The translations under genes and the position numbers were made by a program. Under the pieces are notes generated by a model. It did not search any database and had not been told where the DNA came from. It saw only the letters and a program-made list of their open reading frames with translations. Below are positions 1 through 7,558 of a stretch of DNA of 33,549 nt, in pieces (position 1 is the first letter of the stretch; each line of letters begins with the position of its first letter). The stretch lies in contig CAZMIS010000003.1 of the NCBI GenBank assembly GCA_964566325.1, positions 1 to 33,549 on the forward strand. Reading direction: 5' to 3'. The DNA comes from an uncultured Anaerolineales bacterium. Its GTDB lineage: Bacteria; Chloroflexota; Anaerolineae; CG2-30-64-16.

Positions 1-1
1 C

Positions 2-1127
2 ACACGCGCCCACCTGGAGGAGGATACCGGCAAGCTCGTGCACGCGGCAAGGGGGCCGCCTGATGGGATCGGGCGCCGCTGAGACGCTGGTCGATCTGAA
101 CCGCGCCGGCGTGCCGCTCCTGGAGATCGTGACCGAGCCGGACATGCGCTCTCCGGACGAGGCGGTGGCCTACCTGACCGGCCTGCAGCGCGTCCTGCGC
201 TATCTCCGCGTGAGCAGCGCGGACATGGAGAAGGGCGCGATGCGCTGCGAGGCCAACGTCAGCGTGCGGCCGGCCGGGGAAACTGCGTTCGGCACCAAGG
301 TCGAGATCAAGAACCTGAACAGCTTTCGGTCGGTGAAGCTGGCCCTGGAATACGAGGTGCGGCGGCAGATCGACGCACTGGAACGCGGCGAGCGCGTGGT
401 GCAGGTCACCATGGGGTGGGACGAGGAGGCCGGGCGCACCGTGCTGCAGCGCAGCAAGGAATCGTCGGACGACTACCGTTACTTCCCCGAGCCGGACCTG
501 CCGCCGCTGCAGGTGGAGCGGGCGTGGGTGGACCAGCTGGCCGCGGGGATGCCCGAGCTGCCCGGACCCAAGCTGGACCGCTTCGTGGGCGAGCTGGGCC
601 TGGACCGCCAGGAGGCGCGCCTCCTGGTCGAGGACCGGCCGGTCGCGGAGTACTTCGAGGCCGCGCTCCTCGCGCTGGGCCGGGAGACCGCACTCCCGCC
701 CCCCGCGGCCGCGAAGACGGTCTCCAACTGGATCACGGGGGAGCTGTTCCGCCTGATGAAGGCGAAGGGCGCGCCCATCACGGCCATCGCCGTCTCGCCC
801 GCGGCGCTGGCTGCGCTCCTCTCGCTGGTTGAGAAGGGCCAGCTCAACCAGAACAGCGCGAAGCGCGTGCTGGGAGAAATGTTCGAAACCGGCCGGCCGG
901 CCGCGGACGTCATGGCCAGGCTCGGCCTGGCCCAGGTCAGCGATGCCGGTGCGCTACGAGCGATCGTCGACAGGGTCCTGGCGGCCAACGACGACCAGGT
1001 CGCCAAGTACCGGGCCGGCAAGGAGAGCGTCTTCAACTGGCTGCTGGGGCAGATCATGCGCGAGACGCGCGGCAAGGGGAACCCGGCCGTAGTGCGCGAG
1101 CTGTTGGAGGCCGCACTGCGCGGGTGA
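2..1127 (+). CDS. gatB: Asp-tRNA(Asn)/Glu-tRNA(Gln) amidotransferase subunit B (GatB), 5' end cut by the window edge; apparent frameshift around nt 44-62
   Basis: ORF 63..1127 encodes ...[24 protein letters not shown]... and a GatB/YqeY-like C-terminal tail. The hallmark upstream motif [13 protein letters not shown] is encoded at 5..43 in a different frame, which stops at 80..82. Confidence 0.9.
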   Translation, partial: HAPTWRRIPASSCTRQGGRLMGSGAAETLVDLNRAGVPLLEIVTEPDMRSPDEAVAYLTGLQRVLRYLRVSSADMEKGAMRCEANVSVRPAGETAFGTKVEIKNLNSFRSVKLALEYEVRRQIDALERGERVVQVTMGWDEEAGRTVLQRSKESSDDYRYFPEPDLPPLQVERAWVDQLAAGMPELPGPKLDRFVGELGLDRQEARLLVEDRPVAEYFEAALLALGRETALPPPAAAKTVSNWITGELFRLMKAKGAPITAIAVSPAALAALLSLVEKGQLNQNSAKRVLGEMFETGRPAADVMARLGLAQVSDAGALRAIVDRVLAANDDQVAKYRAGKESVFNWLLGQIMRETRGKGNPAVVRELLEAALRG

Positions 1128-1144
1128 TCCGGCGGCGGCCTTTT
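1109..1144 (+). terminator. Possible intrinsic terminator of gatB
   Basis: GGCCGC (1109-1114) can pair with GCGGCC (1135-1140) and is followed by TTTT (1141-1144). The structure spans the gatB stop codon (1125-1127). The stem is short with a large loop. Confidence 0.3.
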
Positions 1145-1203
1145 GTGCACGGTTGCCAGACATGCGGATAATCAGCCAACCGGTTCGCCACCGGTGGCCG
1201 CCC

Positions 1204-1323
1204 GCCCGTAAACGGGCAGGCTACACAGCAACGCCCGGTAAACCGGGCTACTTGCGGCGGCCAGTCTGGTTCAAGCCCCATTCATGGGGCGCCGCTGTGT
1301 AGCCCGGACGTTGACGTCCGGGC
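1204..1323 (+). other. Cluster of four GC-rich hairpins plus an 11-nt long-range complement (candidate structured RNA or REP-like palindromic element)
   Basis: Hairpins are GCCCG-TAAA-CGGGC (1204-1217), GCCCGG-TAAA-CCGGGC (1233-1248), GCCCCA-TTCA-TGGGGC (1275-1290) and GCCCGGACG-TTGA-CGTCCGGGC (1302-1323). GGCTACACAGC (1219-1229) is the exact complement of GCTGTGTAGCC (1294-1304). Confidence 0.35.
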
Positions 1324-1392
1324 GATGATTCGGTCGCAAGATGATCACGGTTAAGTAACAACCGGCGGCGCGCTCGCGAAAGGCGGACAGCG

Positions 1393-1962
1393 ATGATTGC
1401 ACGGCTCTCTGCATGGCTCCACCGCGCGTCGCGCGGCTGGGTGACGCTGGCCGCAGCCATCCTCTTCCTGGTGTTCACGCCCCTGGTGCTGCCCGACCAG
1501 GCGGCCCGGTTCGAGGCGGTCGCAGGCTCGGGCCCCTCGCCCGACCAATCGCTGTTCTACACCCCGGCGGACCTGTACCGCATGGCGGAGTCGTTCGGCG
1601 CGGCCGGCCGCGCGGCGTACGTGCGCGCACGCTGGACCTTCGATGTGGTCTGGCCGTTGGTCTACACGGGGGCGCTTGCGACGGCCATCAGCTGGCTGGC
1701 CCGGAAGGCCTTCGCGTCAGGCAGCAGGGGGAGGCTACTGAACCTCGTCCCGGTGGCCGGCATGGCGTTGGATTTCGGGGAGAACATCTGCGCGTCGCTG
1801 GTGGTCGGCCGCTACCCGGCCGCGACGCCGGTCGTCGACGTGCTGGCGACGGTGTTTACGCCCCTTAAGTGGCTGTTCGTCGGCGGAAGCTTCGTGGTGC
1901 TCGTCCTGGTGGCGGTCATGGCCCTGGCGCAGACGCTCCGCCGCCCCGCGGCGCCGGCCTGA
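1393..1962 (+). CDS. Hypothetical integral membrane protein
   Basis: 189-aa ORF with GC3-rich codons and several hydrophobic segments (WVTLAAAILFLVFTPLVL, VVWPLVYTGALATAISWL, WLFVGGSFVVLVLVAVMALA). No family recognised. Confidence 0.6.
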   Translation: MIARLSAWLHRASRGWVTLAAAILFLVFTPLVLPDQAARFEAVAGSGPSPDQSLFYTPADLYRMAESFGAAGRAAYVRARWTFDVVWPLVYTGALATAISWLARKAFASGSRGRLLNLVPVAGMALDFGENICASLVVGRYPAATPVVDVLATVFTPLKWLFVGGSFVVLVLVAVMALAQTLRRPAAPA

Positions 1963-1986
1963 CGTCGTCCTGCCGGCGCTGCACTA

Positions 1987-2772
1987 TCATCTGGGTGGCA
2001 CGGTGGCCTGCGTCTCCAGGGCGCGATCCCACTCTTCTAGCAGACCCGGCAACTGGGCGAGCGAATCGATGACCGCGTCCGGGATGATCTCTTCGCTCTC
2101 TTCCGCCCGGTACGGCGACCTTATCAGGATTGCGCGCATCCCGATCTTCTGGGGTCCTGCCACGTCCACGTCAAGCTTGTCACCGATGTACACCGCCTCG
2201 GCGGGCGCCACATCGAAGGGGTCGAGCGCCTGGCGGAAGATGCGCTCGTCCGGCTTCACGAATCCGGCGCAGCTCGAATAGACGCGCACGGGCAGGTAGT
2301 CGATCAACCCGAACCGCGTGAGATCCGCGTCATGCATCTCGGGCGCCCACAGCGTGTTCGAAACGAGCGCCAGCTGGCGGCCCTGGTCGACGATCTCCTG
2401 CAAGACGCTCGCCGTGTCTTCCCCCACAGGCTTGACGACGTCCGAAATAGCCTGGTAGTACGCCGCCATGGCCGTGTCGAACACTTTGTCCGGCACGCGA
2501 ATCCCCACCGCCTCCAGCCCTTCGCGGATCACCATCTCGGCCCGGTTGCTGTGAAGGGTGCGCTTGGACTTGGCTTCCAGCGCGGCTGCCATCCGCACGG
2601 TCGCGCGAATCGCCAGGTCAGGGTCGGGCACCTTGACACCGCGCTCCACGACACTCCGGACAAACGCGTGCAGCGCGCGGCTGTTGATGGCCTCGAAGGT
2701 GTGCTCGGGAGGTTGATCGTAGTGCAGCAGTGTGCCGCCCAGGTCGAACAGTACGGCTTGAATGATTGGCAT
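1987..2772 (-). CDS. HAD-superfamily hydrolase (subfamily IA-like)
   Basis: Motif I is VLFDLGGTLL and the C-terminal motif is VYIGDKLDVDVAGPQKIGMRAILI. The ATG overlaps the stop of the upstream gene (TGATG on the minus strand). Confidence 0.85.
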   Translation of the reverse strand: MPIIQAVLFDLGGTLLHYDQPPEHTFEAINSRALHAFVRSVVERGVKVPDPDLAIRATVRMAAALEAKSKRTLHSNRAEMVIREGLEAVGIRVPDKVFDTAMAAYYQAISDVVKPVGEDTASVLQEIVDQGRQLALVSNTLWAPEMHDADLTRFGLIDYLPVRVYSSCAGFVKPDERIFRQALDPFDVAPAEAVYIGDKLDVDVAGPQKIGMRAILIRSPYRAEESEEIIPDAVIDSLAQLPGLLEEWDRALETQATVPPR

Positions 2773-3338
2773 CAGGACTTCTCCATATCACTGCCGCCGG
2801 CCGCGCCGGCGTTCAGGTAGTTCGTAATCTTGCGCAGATTCGTCTGCAGTGGCTCTGCCGTGTCGACCACCAGGCGCGGACCGCTCAGGCGCTCGAGCCG
2901 GGCGCGGGCCTGTTGGTAGACGTCCTGGTCCCGCGAACGCTGATCGGGCGGGCCGGCTGCACGGCGTTCGAGGCGTTCGCGCAACAGCGCCTCGTCCGTG
3001 GTGATACATTCGATCAGCCTGAAGTCGACCTTGACCGAGCGCACCAGGCCCTCGATCGCCTCCTGGAAGGTCCGATAGCCTGCCGGGCTATCGATCACCA
3101 CGCTCAAGCCGAGGGTCAGGTTATCGCGGGCCAGCGGCATGAGCAGCGCATAAGACAACGCCACCGCATAGTCGGTGATGCCCTCCGGCTTCACGTCCCG
3201 GCCCACTGCCAGGACGGTGTCTTTGATCGTCTCCTTGCTGAGATACACCGCGCGTGTCTCCCGCGCCACAAACCGGGCAAGAGTGCTCTTGCCTGTGCCC
3301 GGCGCGCCGGCGAAGACGACGAGAAGCGGATCGGCCAC
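2772..3338 (-). CDS. P-loop NTPase / predicted kinase (AAA_33-like)
   Basis: Walker A VFAGAPGTGKST lies near the N-terminus of a 188-aa protein. The GTG start directly abuts the TAG stop of the DUF554 gene. Confidence 0.8.
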   Translation of the reverse strand: MADPLLVVFAGAPGTGKSTLARFVARETRAVYLSKETIKDTVLAVGRDVKPEGITDYAVALSYALLMPLARDNLTLGLSVVIDSPAGYRTFQEAIEGLVRSVKVDFRLIECITTDEALLRERLERRAAGPPDQRSRDQDVYQQARARLERLSGPRLVVDTAEPLQTNLRKITNYLNAGAAGGSDMEKS

Positions 3339-4064
3339 CTAGAAAGCCACCCCCAACAAGCCCAGGATCAGGACGATCAACGGCGCAATGAACACCGCGG
3401 GCAGCAGATTGGCTGCGCGGATCTTCTTGATGTCGAGCAGCAAGAACGCGATGCTCAGGATCACCACCCCGCCGGTGGCCGTCATCTCGATCACCCACGG
3501 CGTCTCGCCCGTGACGCCGCCCAATGCCGCACCGAACAGGCCTGCGGCCACGCTCAAACCTCCCTGGTAGGCCAAGACGGTGGCAGCAGAAAGAATGACG
3601 CCCGCACCCAGGGATGCGGCCAGGGCCATGGCCGCGAAGCCATCCATCAACGATTTGACGGCGAGCAGGGTGAAGTCTCCCATCAGGCCGTCCTGGATCG
3701 AACCCAGGATCGTCATGGGTCCGACGCAGAAGACCAGGCTGGCGGTGATGAAGCCCTGCGCGAAGGTGCTACGATCGCCGCCAAACAGCCCGCCCAGCCG
3801 CGCCTCGGCCCACTTGCCCAATCGCTCGAGCGCCTCCTCGATGCGCAGCGCCTCGCCCAGGATGCCGCCGATGAGGATGCTGAAGAGCGGAATCAGCACG
3901 TTCTTCGTTCCGATGGCCATGCTGACGCCGATGACCAACGTCATCAGCCCCAGGCCGTGCAACACGGTGAGGCGCATCTTTTCCGGAAGCCGGTTGCCGA
4001 GAAACGTGCCCAACAGCCCACCGACCACGACCGTTGCGACATTGATGAGGGTGCCTGTTATCAT
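3339..4064 (-). CDS. DUF554-family (YdfK/YqgA-like) membrane protein
   Basis: 241 aa, multi-TM. MITGTLINVATVVVGGLLGTFLGNRLPEKMR and LGEALRIEEALERLG match my memory of the DUF554 family. Confidence 0.75.
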   Translation of the reverse strand: MITGTLINVATVVVGGLLGTFLGNRLPEKMRLTVLHGLGLMTLVIGVSMAIGTKNVLIPLFSILIGGILGEALRIEEALERLGKWAEARLGGLFGGDRSTFAQGFITASLVFCVGPMTILGSIQDGLMGDFTLLAVKSLMDGFAAMALAASLGAGVILSAATVLAYQGGLSVAAGLFGAALGGVTGETPWVIEMTATGGVVILSIAFLLLDIKKIRAANLLPAVFIAPLIVLILGLLGVAF

Positions 4065-4258
4065 TGAACGCGACCGCTGCTCCGCTGAAGCACGATTCGC
4101 CCGCGCTCACCTGCGCGATGCGGCTTACCTGCACTTCCAGGCTGTGAGCATAGCAGATTTCTGCACAAGGAGCAAGCATCCGAATAGTCACAAGGGTTGC
4201 ACAAGGTTGACGCGGAAGCAAAACGGGTGTACAAGAAAGTGGATACTTGTGAGCAGGG

Positions 4259-4864
4259 ATGGAAATGCGAGACGCCGTTATTGCCCTGGCCCGACGACAC
4301 GATTTCGAAGAGGCTCACTCGCTGCAAGACGAACGATTGGCTCTCCGCCTGTTCGACGAAACCGCGCGGCTGGGCATGCATCGCCTCGACGAGCCGCCGC
4401 TGGATGGCGAGAAAGCGCTGGCCCCGCGCGAGATCCTTTCATACGCCGCGCTGCTCCACGACATCGGTTATGTCGAGGGCTACGAAGGACATCACAAGAC
4501 CGCATTCCGCCTGGTCACCGCGGAGAAGATTCCGGGGATCTCCAAACAGGACCGGACGCTGATTGCCCTGGTGGCGCGCTATCATCGCGGAGCCACGCCC
4601 GACCCGGAAAAACACGAGACCTTCGCCGCGCTGTCGTCCCAGGAACAGAACAAGGTCGCGCGGCTGGGCGCCATCCTTCGCTTCGCGGACGGCCTCGACC
4701 GGAGCCACACGGCGGCGGTCCAGGACCTGCGCTGCGACCTCAAGGGCAACCGGCTGATCGTCAGGCTCATCCCCGGCGTGAATGACGAATCGGAGCGCCT
4801 GGCCGGCCAGAAGAAGGCCCGCTGGTTCGAGAGCCAGTTCGGCGTCAGGGTCGAGCTCCGGTAG
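4259..4864 (+). CDS. HD-domain protein resembling the C-terminal domain of Ppx/GppA phosphatases (stand-alone)
   Basis: Motifs are ALLHDIGY, VARYHRG and ILRFADGLDRSH. The protein is 201 aa with no N-terminal ASKHA/actin-like domain. Confidence 0.7.
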   Translation: MEMRDAVIALARRHDFEEAHSLQDERLALRLFDETARLGMHRLDEPPLDGEKALAPREILSYAALLHDIGYVEGYEGHHKTAFRLVTAEKIPGISKQDRTLIALVARYHRGATPDPEKHETFAALSSQEQNKVARLGAILRFADGLDRSHTAAVQDLRCDLKGNRLIVRLIPGVNDESERLAGQKKARWFESQFGVRVELR

Positions 4865-4878
4865 GGCGGCTGGCAGGG

Positions 4879-6645
4879 TCAATCGCCGGCGTAGTCCGAG
4901 TAGCCGCCCGCGATCTCGCGCACGGTCCCCTCCTCCAGGACGACCACGCGGTCCACGATCCGGTCCAGGAAGTAGCGATCGTGGGAGATCACCAGCACCG
5001 TGCCGTTGAATTCCTCCAGCGCGCTCTCCAGCACCTCGGACGAGGGAATGTCCAGGTTATTGGTCGGCTCGTCCAGCATCAGAAAGTTCACGTCTGACAG
5101 CATGAGCTTCGCCAGCTGCAGCCGGCTGCGTTCGCCGCCGCTCAGGTGATGCACCTGCTTCTGCGCGGCATAGTAGTCGAAGAGGAAGCGCTGCAGGATG
5201 GCCACCGCGTCGGTCTCGTACATGGGCCTGGTGGCGCGGATCTCCTCCACGAGCGTCCAGTCCCCGTGCAGCGTCTCGTGCTGCTGCGAGTAGTAGCCGA
5301 TCCTGACGCTGGGGCCCAGCTTGATCACACCGCCGTCCGGCTGCTCGAAGAGCGATCGCGCGTCCGCGGCCCCGCCGGCGGGCGGCTGCAATCCGGCCCC
5401 ATCCTCTGCCAGGTGGGACGCGCCCAGGATGCAGCGGAAGAGCACGGACTTGCCCGCACCGTTCGGGCCGACCAGCCCGACGCGTTCGCCATGCCACACC
5501 TGGAACGACGCGCCTTCGAGCACGACGCGCAGGTTGCCGGTCGCCCAATCCTCGAACCATTTGTCGACGCGCTGCACGTCCAACACCTTGTTGCTGCCGC
5601 GCCAGCCGCCCAGCTCCAGCCGCATGCGGCCCTGCTCCTGCGGCCGTTCGATCTTGTCCATCCGCTCGAGCATCTTGTGCCGGTGCCGGGCCTGGCGCGC
5701 GTGGCGCTCGTTCTCCGTGAAGGCGGCTGCCTCCTCGAACCGCTTGATGGCCGCTTCGATCTGCCCGATGCGCTTCTGCTGTGCGCGGTAGAGTTGCTCC
5801 TGGCGCAGCTCGGCCAGCTGCTTGTTGATGGCGTAGTTGGAGTAGGTGCCCGGCCAGACCGTGATCTGCCCGCGCACGAGCTCCGCGATGGTGTCGACGG
5901 TCTGATCCAGCAGGTACCGGTCGTGGGAGACGATGATCACGCTTCCCGCGTAGCCGCGCACCAGCTTCTCGATCCGCGCCTTGCCGTCCAGGTCGAGGTG
6001 GTTGTCGGGCTCGTCGAGGAGAAGCACATCGGGCGCCCAGACCATCAGCCGCGCGAGGCCGACGAGCTTCGCCTGCCCGCCGCTGAGGGTCCGGACCGGC
6101 TGGTCGAAGGTTTCCTCGCCCAGGCCCAGATCGCGCAGCGTGGAGCGCACGCGGTTCTCGTAGGTCAGGCCGCCCGCGGCCTCGTACGCGTGCAGCGCGC
6201 GGGCGTGGTCGTCGAGCACGCGCGCCAGCCGGCGCTCGTTGCCGAACACCGCGGGGTCGCCCATCTGGGCTTCCTTGAGGGTGAGGTCATGGCGCAACCG
6301 CGCGATCTCGGGCGAGCCGGAGAGCGCGGCCTCGAGGATGGTCAGCCCTGCGGCCTCACCGGCGACCTCGGCTTCGCCGGCCAGTGCGTCCGGCGTCACC
6401 TCCTGCGGCAGATACCCGATCGTCAGCCCTCTCAGGCGAAAGATCGTGCCGCCGTCCCCCTGCAACCGGCCAAGGATCAGCTTGAGCAGGGTGCTCTTGC
6501 CGCCGCCGTTGGGCCCAACCAGGCCGATCTTCTGGCCGGCCTGGATCTCCCAGCTGAGGCCGGTGAGCACCGGTTTGTCGAAGTAGGTATGGTGGATATC
6601 GCTCAGGTTGATGATGATGGCTGCCATCGTCGTCTTGCCTCGCAT
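4879..6645 (-). CDS. ABC-F family ATPase (two NBDs, no TMD)
   Basis: Walker A GPNGGGKST and GPNGAGKSV, signatures LSGGQAKL and LSGGERSR, Walker B LLLDEP and LMLDEP, with a charged inter-NBD linker. An alternative ATG lies at 6627. Confidence 0.9.
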   Translation of the reverse strand: MRGKTTMAAIIINLSDIHHTYFDKPVLTGLSWEIQAGQKIGLVGPNGGGKSTLLKLILGRLQGDGGTIFRLRGLTIGYLPQEVTPDALAGEAEVAGEAAGLTILEAALSGSPEIARLRHDLTLKEAQMGDPAVFGNERRLARVLDDHARALHAYEAAGGLTYENRVRSTLRDLGLGEETFDQPVRTLSGGQAKLVGLARLMVWAPDVLLLDEPDNHLDLDGKARIEKLVRGYAGSVIIVSHDRYLLDQTVDTIAELVRGQITVWPGTYSNYAINKQLAELRQEQLYRAQQKRIGQIEAAIKRFEEAAAFTENERHARQARHRHKMLERMDKIERPQEQGRMRLELGGWRGSNKVLDVQRVDKWFEDWATGNLRVVLEGASFQVWHGERVGLVGPNGAGKSVLFRCILGASHLAEDGAGLQPPAGGAADARSLFEQPDGGVIKLGPSVRIGYYSQQHETLHGDWTLVEEIRATRPMYETDAVAILQRFLFDYYAAQKQVHHLSGGERSRLQLAKLMLSDVNFLMLDEPTNNLDIPSSEVLESALEEFNGTVLVISHDRYFLDRIVDRVVVLEEGTVREIAGGYSDYAGD

Positions 6646-6858
6646 GGCCCGCCGGGGGCCGGCACAAAAAGACCGTGGACGAAGCGCCCACGGTCACAAG
6701 TTGACGTAATGTTTCGGTCGTTGGGCGCGCTGAACTAAGACAGCCCTCCCCACGACGCAACGCGAGGCAGATGGACAACGGATCGGCCAATACGCACAAA
6801 CAGCATGTTTGGAGTATACTTGCGCACTGTGGACCTGTCAAACGGAAAGCAACCATCG

Positions 6859-7494
6859 ATGCCAGATGACACTCATGCAGCGGTCGTCGAAGCACTGCGC
6901 GACGCGCTGGCGCGGCCGCTGCCCGGCCTGCCCACCCAGTTGGGCATGGCGCCGCAGCCCAGGCCCGGCACGGAGCGCATCCTGGATCCGCTGCTGAACT
7001 GCAGGCGTGCAGCCGTGCTCGTGCTGCTCTACGCGCGGTCCGGCGAGACGCACCTGGTGCTGACCCGCCGGACGGAGGCGCTGGAGAACCACCGCGGGCA
7101 GATCTCGTTCCCCGGCGGCAGCATGGATCCCGGAGAGGATGCCGTCGCGACCGCCCTGCGCGAGGCGCAGGAAGAGCTGGGCATCGATCCGCGCTCGCTG
7201 GAGATCCTGGGGCAGCTGTCGCCGCTCTACATCCCGCCCACCGACTTCTGCATCTATCCCGTGGTGGCCCACACGTCCGGGGCGCCTGCGTTCGTGCCGA
7301 GCGAGCACGAGGTCGCAGAGGTGCTGGAGGCGCCGCTGCGTCACCTGCTGGCCCCGGCCACCCGCTGCGAGGAGACGTGGGACCTGCGCGGGGAGCCCGT
7401 GCGCGTGCCCTACTACGCCGTGGGCAAGCACAAGGTGTGGGGCGCCACGGCCATGGTGCTGTGTGAGCTGTTGGCCCTGCTGGGCGAAGGGTGA
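6859..7494 (+). CDS. NUDIX hydrolase, CoA-pyrophosphatase type
   Basis: Nudix box GGSMDPGEDAVATALREAQEELGI is preceded by LTRRTEALENHRGQISFPGG. The start is uncertain: the ORF opens at ATG 6805 and I prefer ATG 6859. Confidence 0.8.
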   Translation: MPDDTHAAVVEALRDALARPLPGLPTQLGMAPQPRPGTERILDPLLNCRRAAVLVLLYARSGETHLVLTRRTEALENHRGQISFPGGSMDPGEDAVATALREAQEELGIDPRSLEILGQLSPLYIPPTDFCIYPVVAHTSGAPAFVPSEHEVAEVLEAPLRHLLAPATRCEETWDLRGEPVRVPYYAVGKHKVWGATAMVLCELLALLGEG

Positions 7495-7504
7495 GCGCGG
7501 CGCG

Positions 7505-7513
7505 TGTTATAAT
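7505..7513 (+). promoter_or_regulatory. Extended -10 promoter element TGTTATAAT upstream of the aldo/keto reductase gene
   Basis: TGnTATAAT lies 45 nt upstream of ATG 7559, and the SD-like GGGAGA lies 7 nt before the ATG. Confidence 0.45.
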
Positions 7514-7558
7514 GGACCTCGCGACGAACGTCGCAACTTCCTCTTTCGGGAGAACCAG

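Noticed and set aside
1266-1280. T-loop-like GGTTCAAGCCCC (also GGTTCGAAATCC at about 15256-15268) suggesting a tRNA or tmRNA
   Set aside because: No flanking 5-bp T-stem, 7-bp acceptor stem, anticodon arm or CCA context could be built around either site.
1320-1350. GGGCGATGATTCGGTCGCAAGATGATC, reminiscent of the 5' part of a fluoride riboswitch
   Set aside because: The second stem and the conserved 3' half are missing, and the downstream gene does not look like CrcB or another fluoride-related gene.
4162-4206. TGCACA half-sites at 4162 and 4198 as additional operators for the LacI-family regulator
   Set aside because: They are direct copies followed by AGG, not the inverted TGCACAC-GTGTGCA arrangement. 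The similarity is limited to 6 nt.
2766-4785. ORFs 2766..4067 (+) and 3580..4785 (+)
   Set aside because: They overlap the well-supported minus-strand kinase and DUF554 genes and the HD gene in other frames. Their composition (H/R/Q/D/A runs) is not protein-like.
7139-7558. N-terminal extensions of real genes in the ORF track (for example 7139, 10355, 10933, 14428, 17428, 21370, 21999, 25148, 28210, 30084, 30932 starts)
   Set aside because: The extensions overlap neighbouring genes or promoter elements and are Arg/Pro-rich. They are followed by an internal ATG/GTG/TTG with a good SD and the true family N-terminus. The shorter starts were used.
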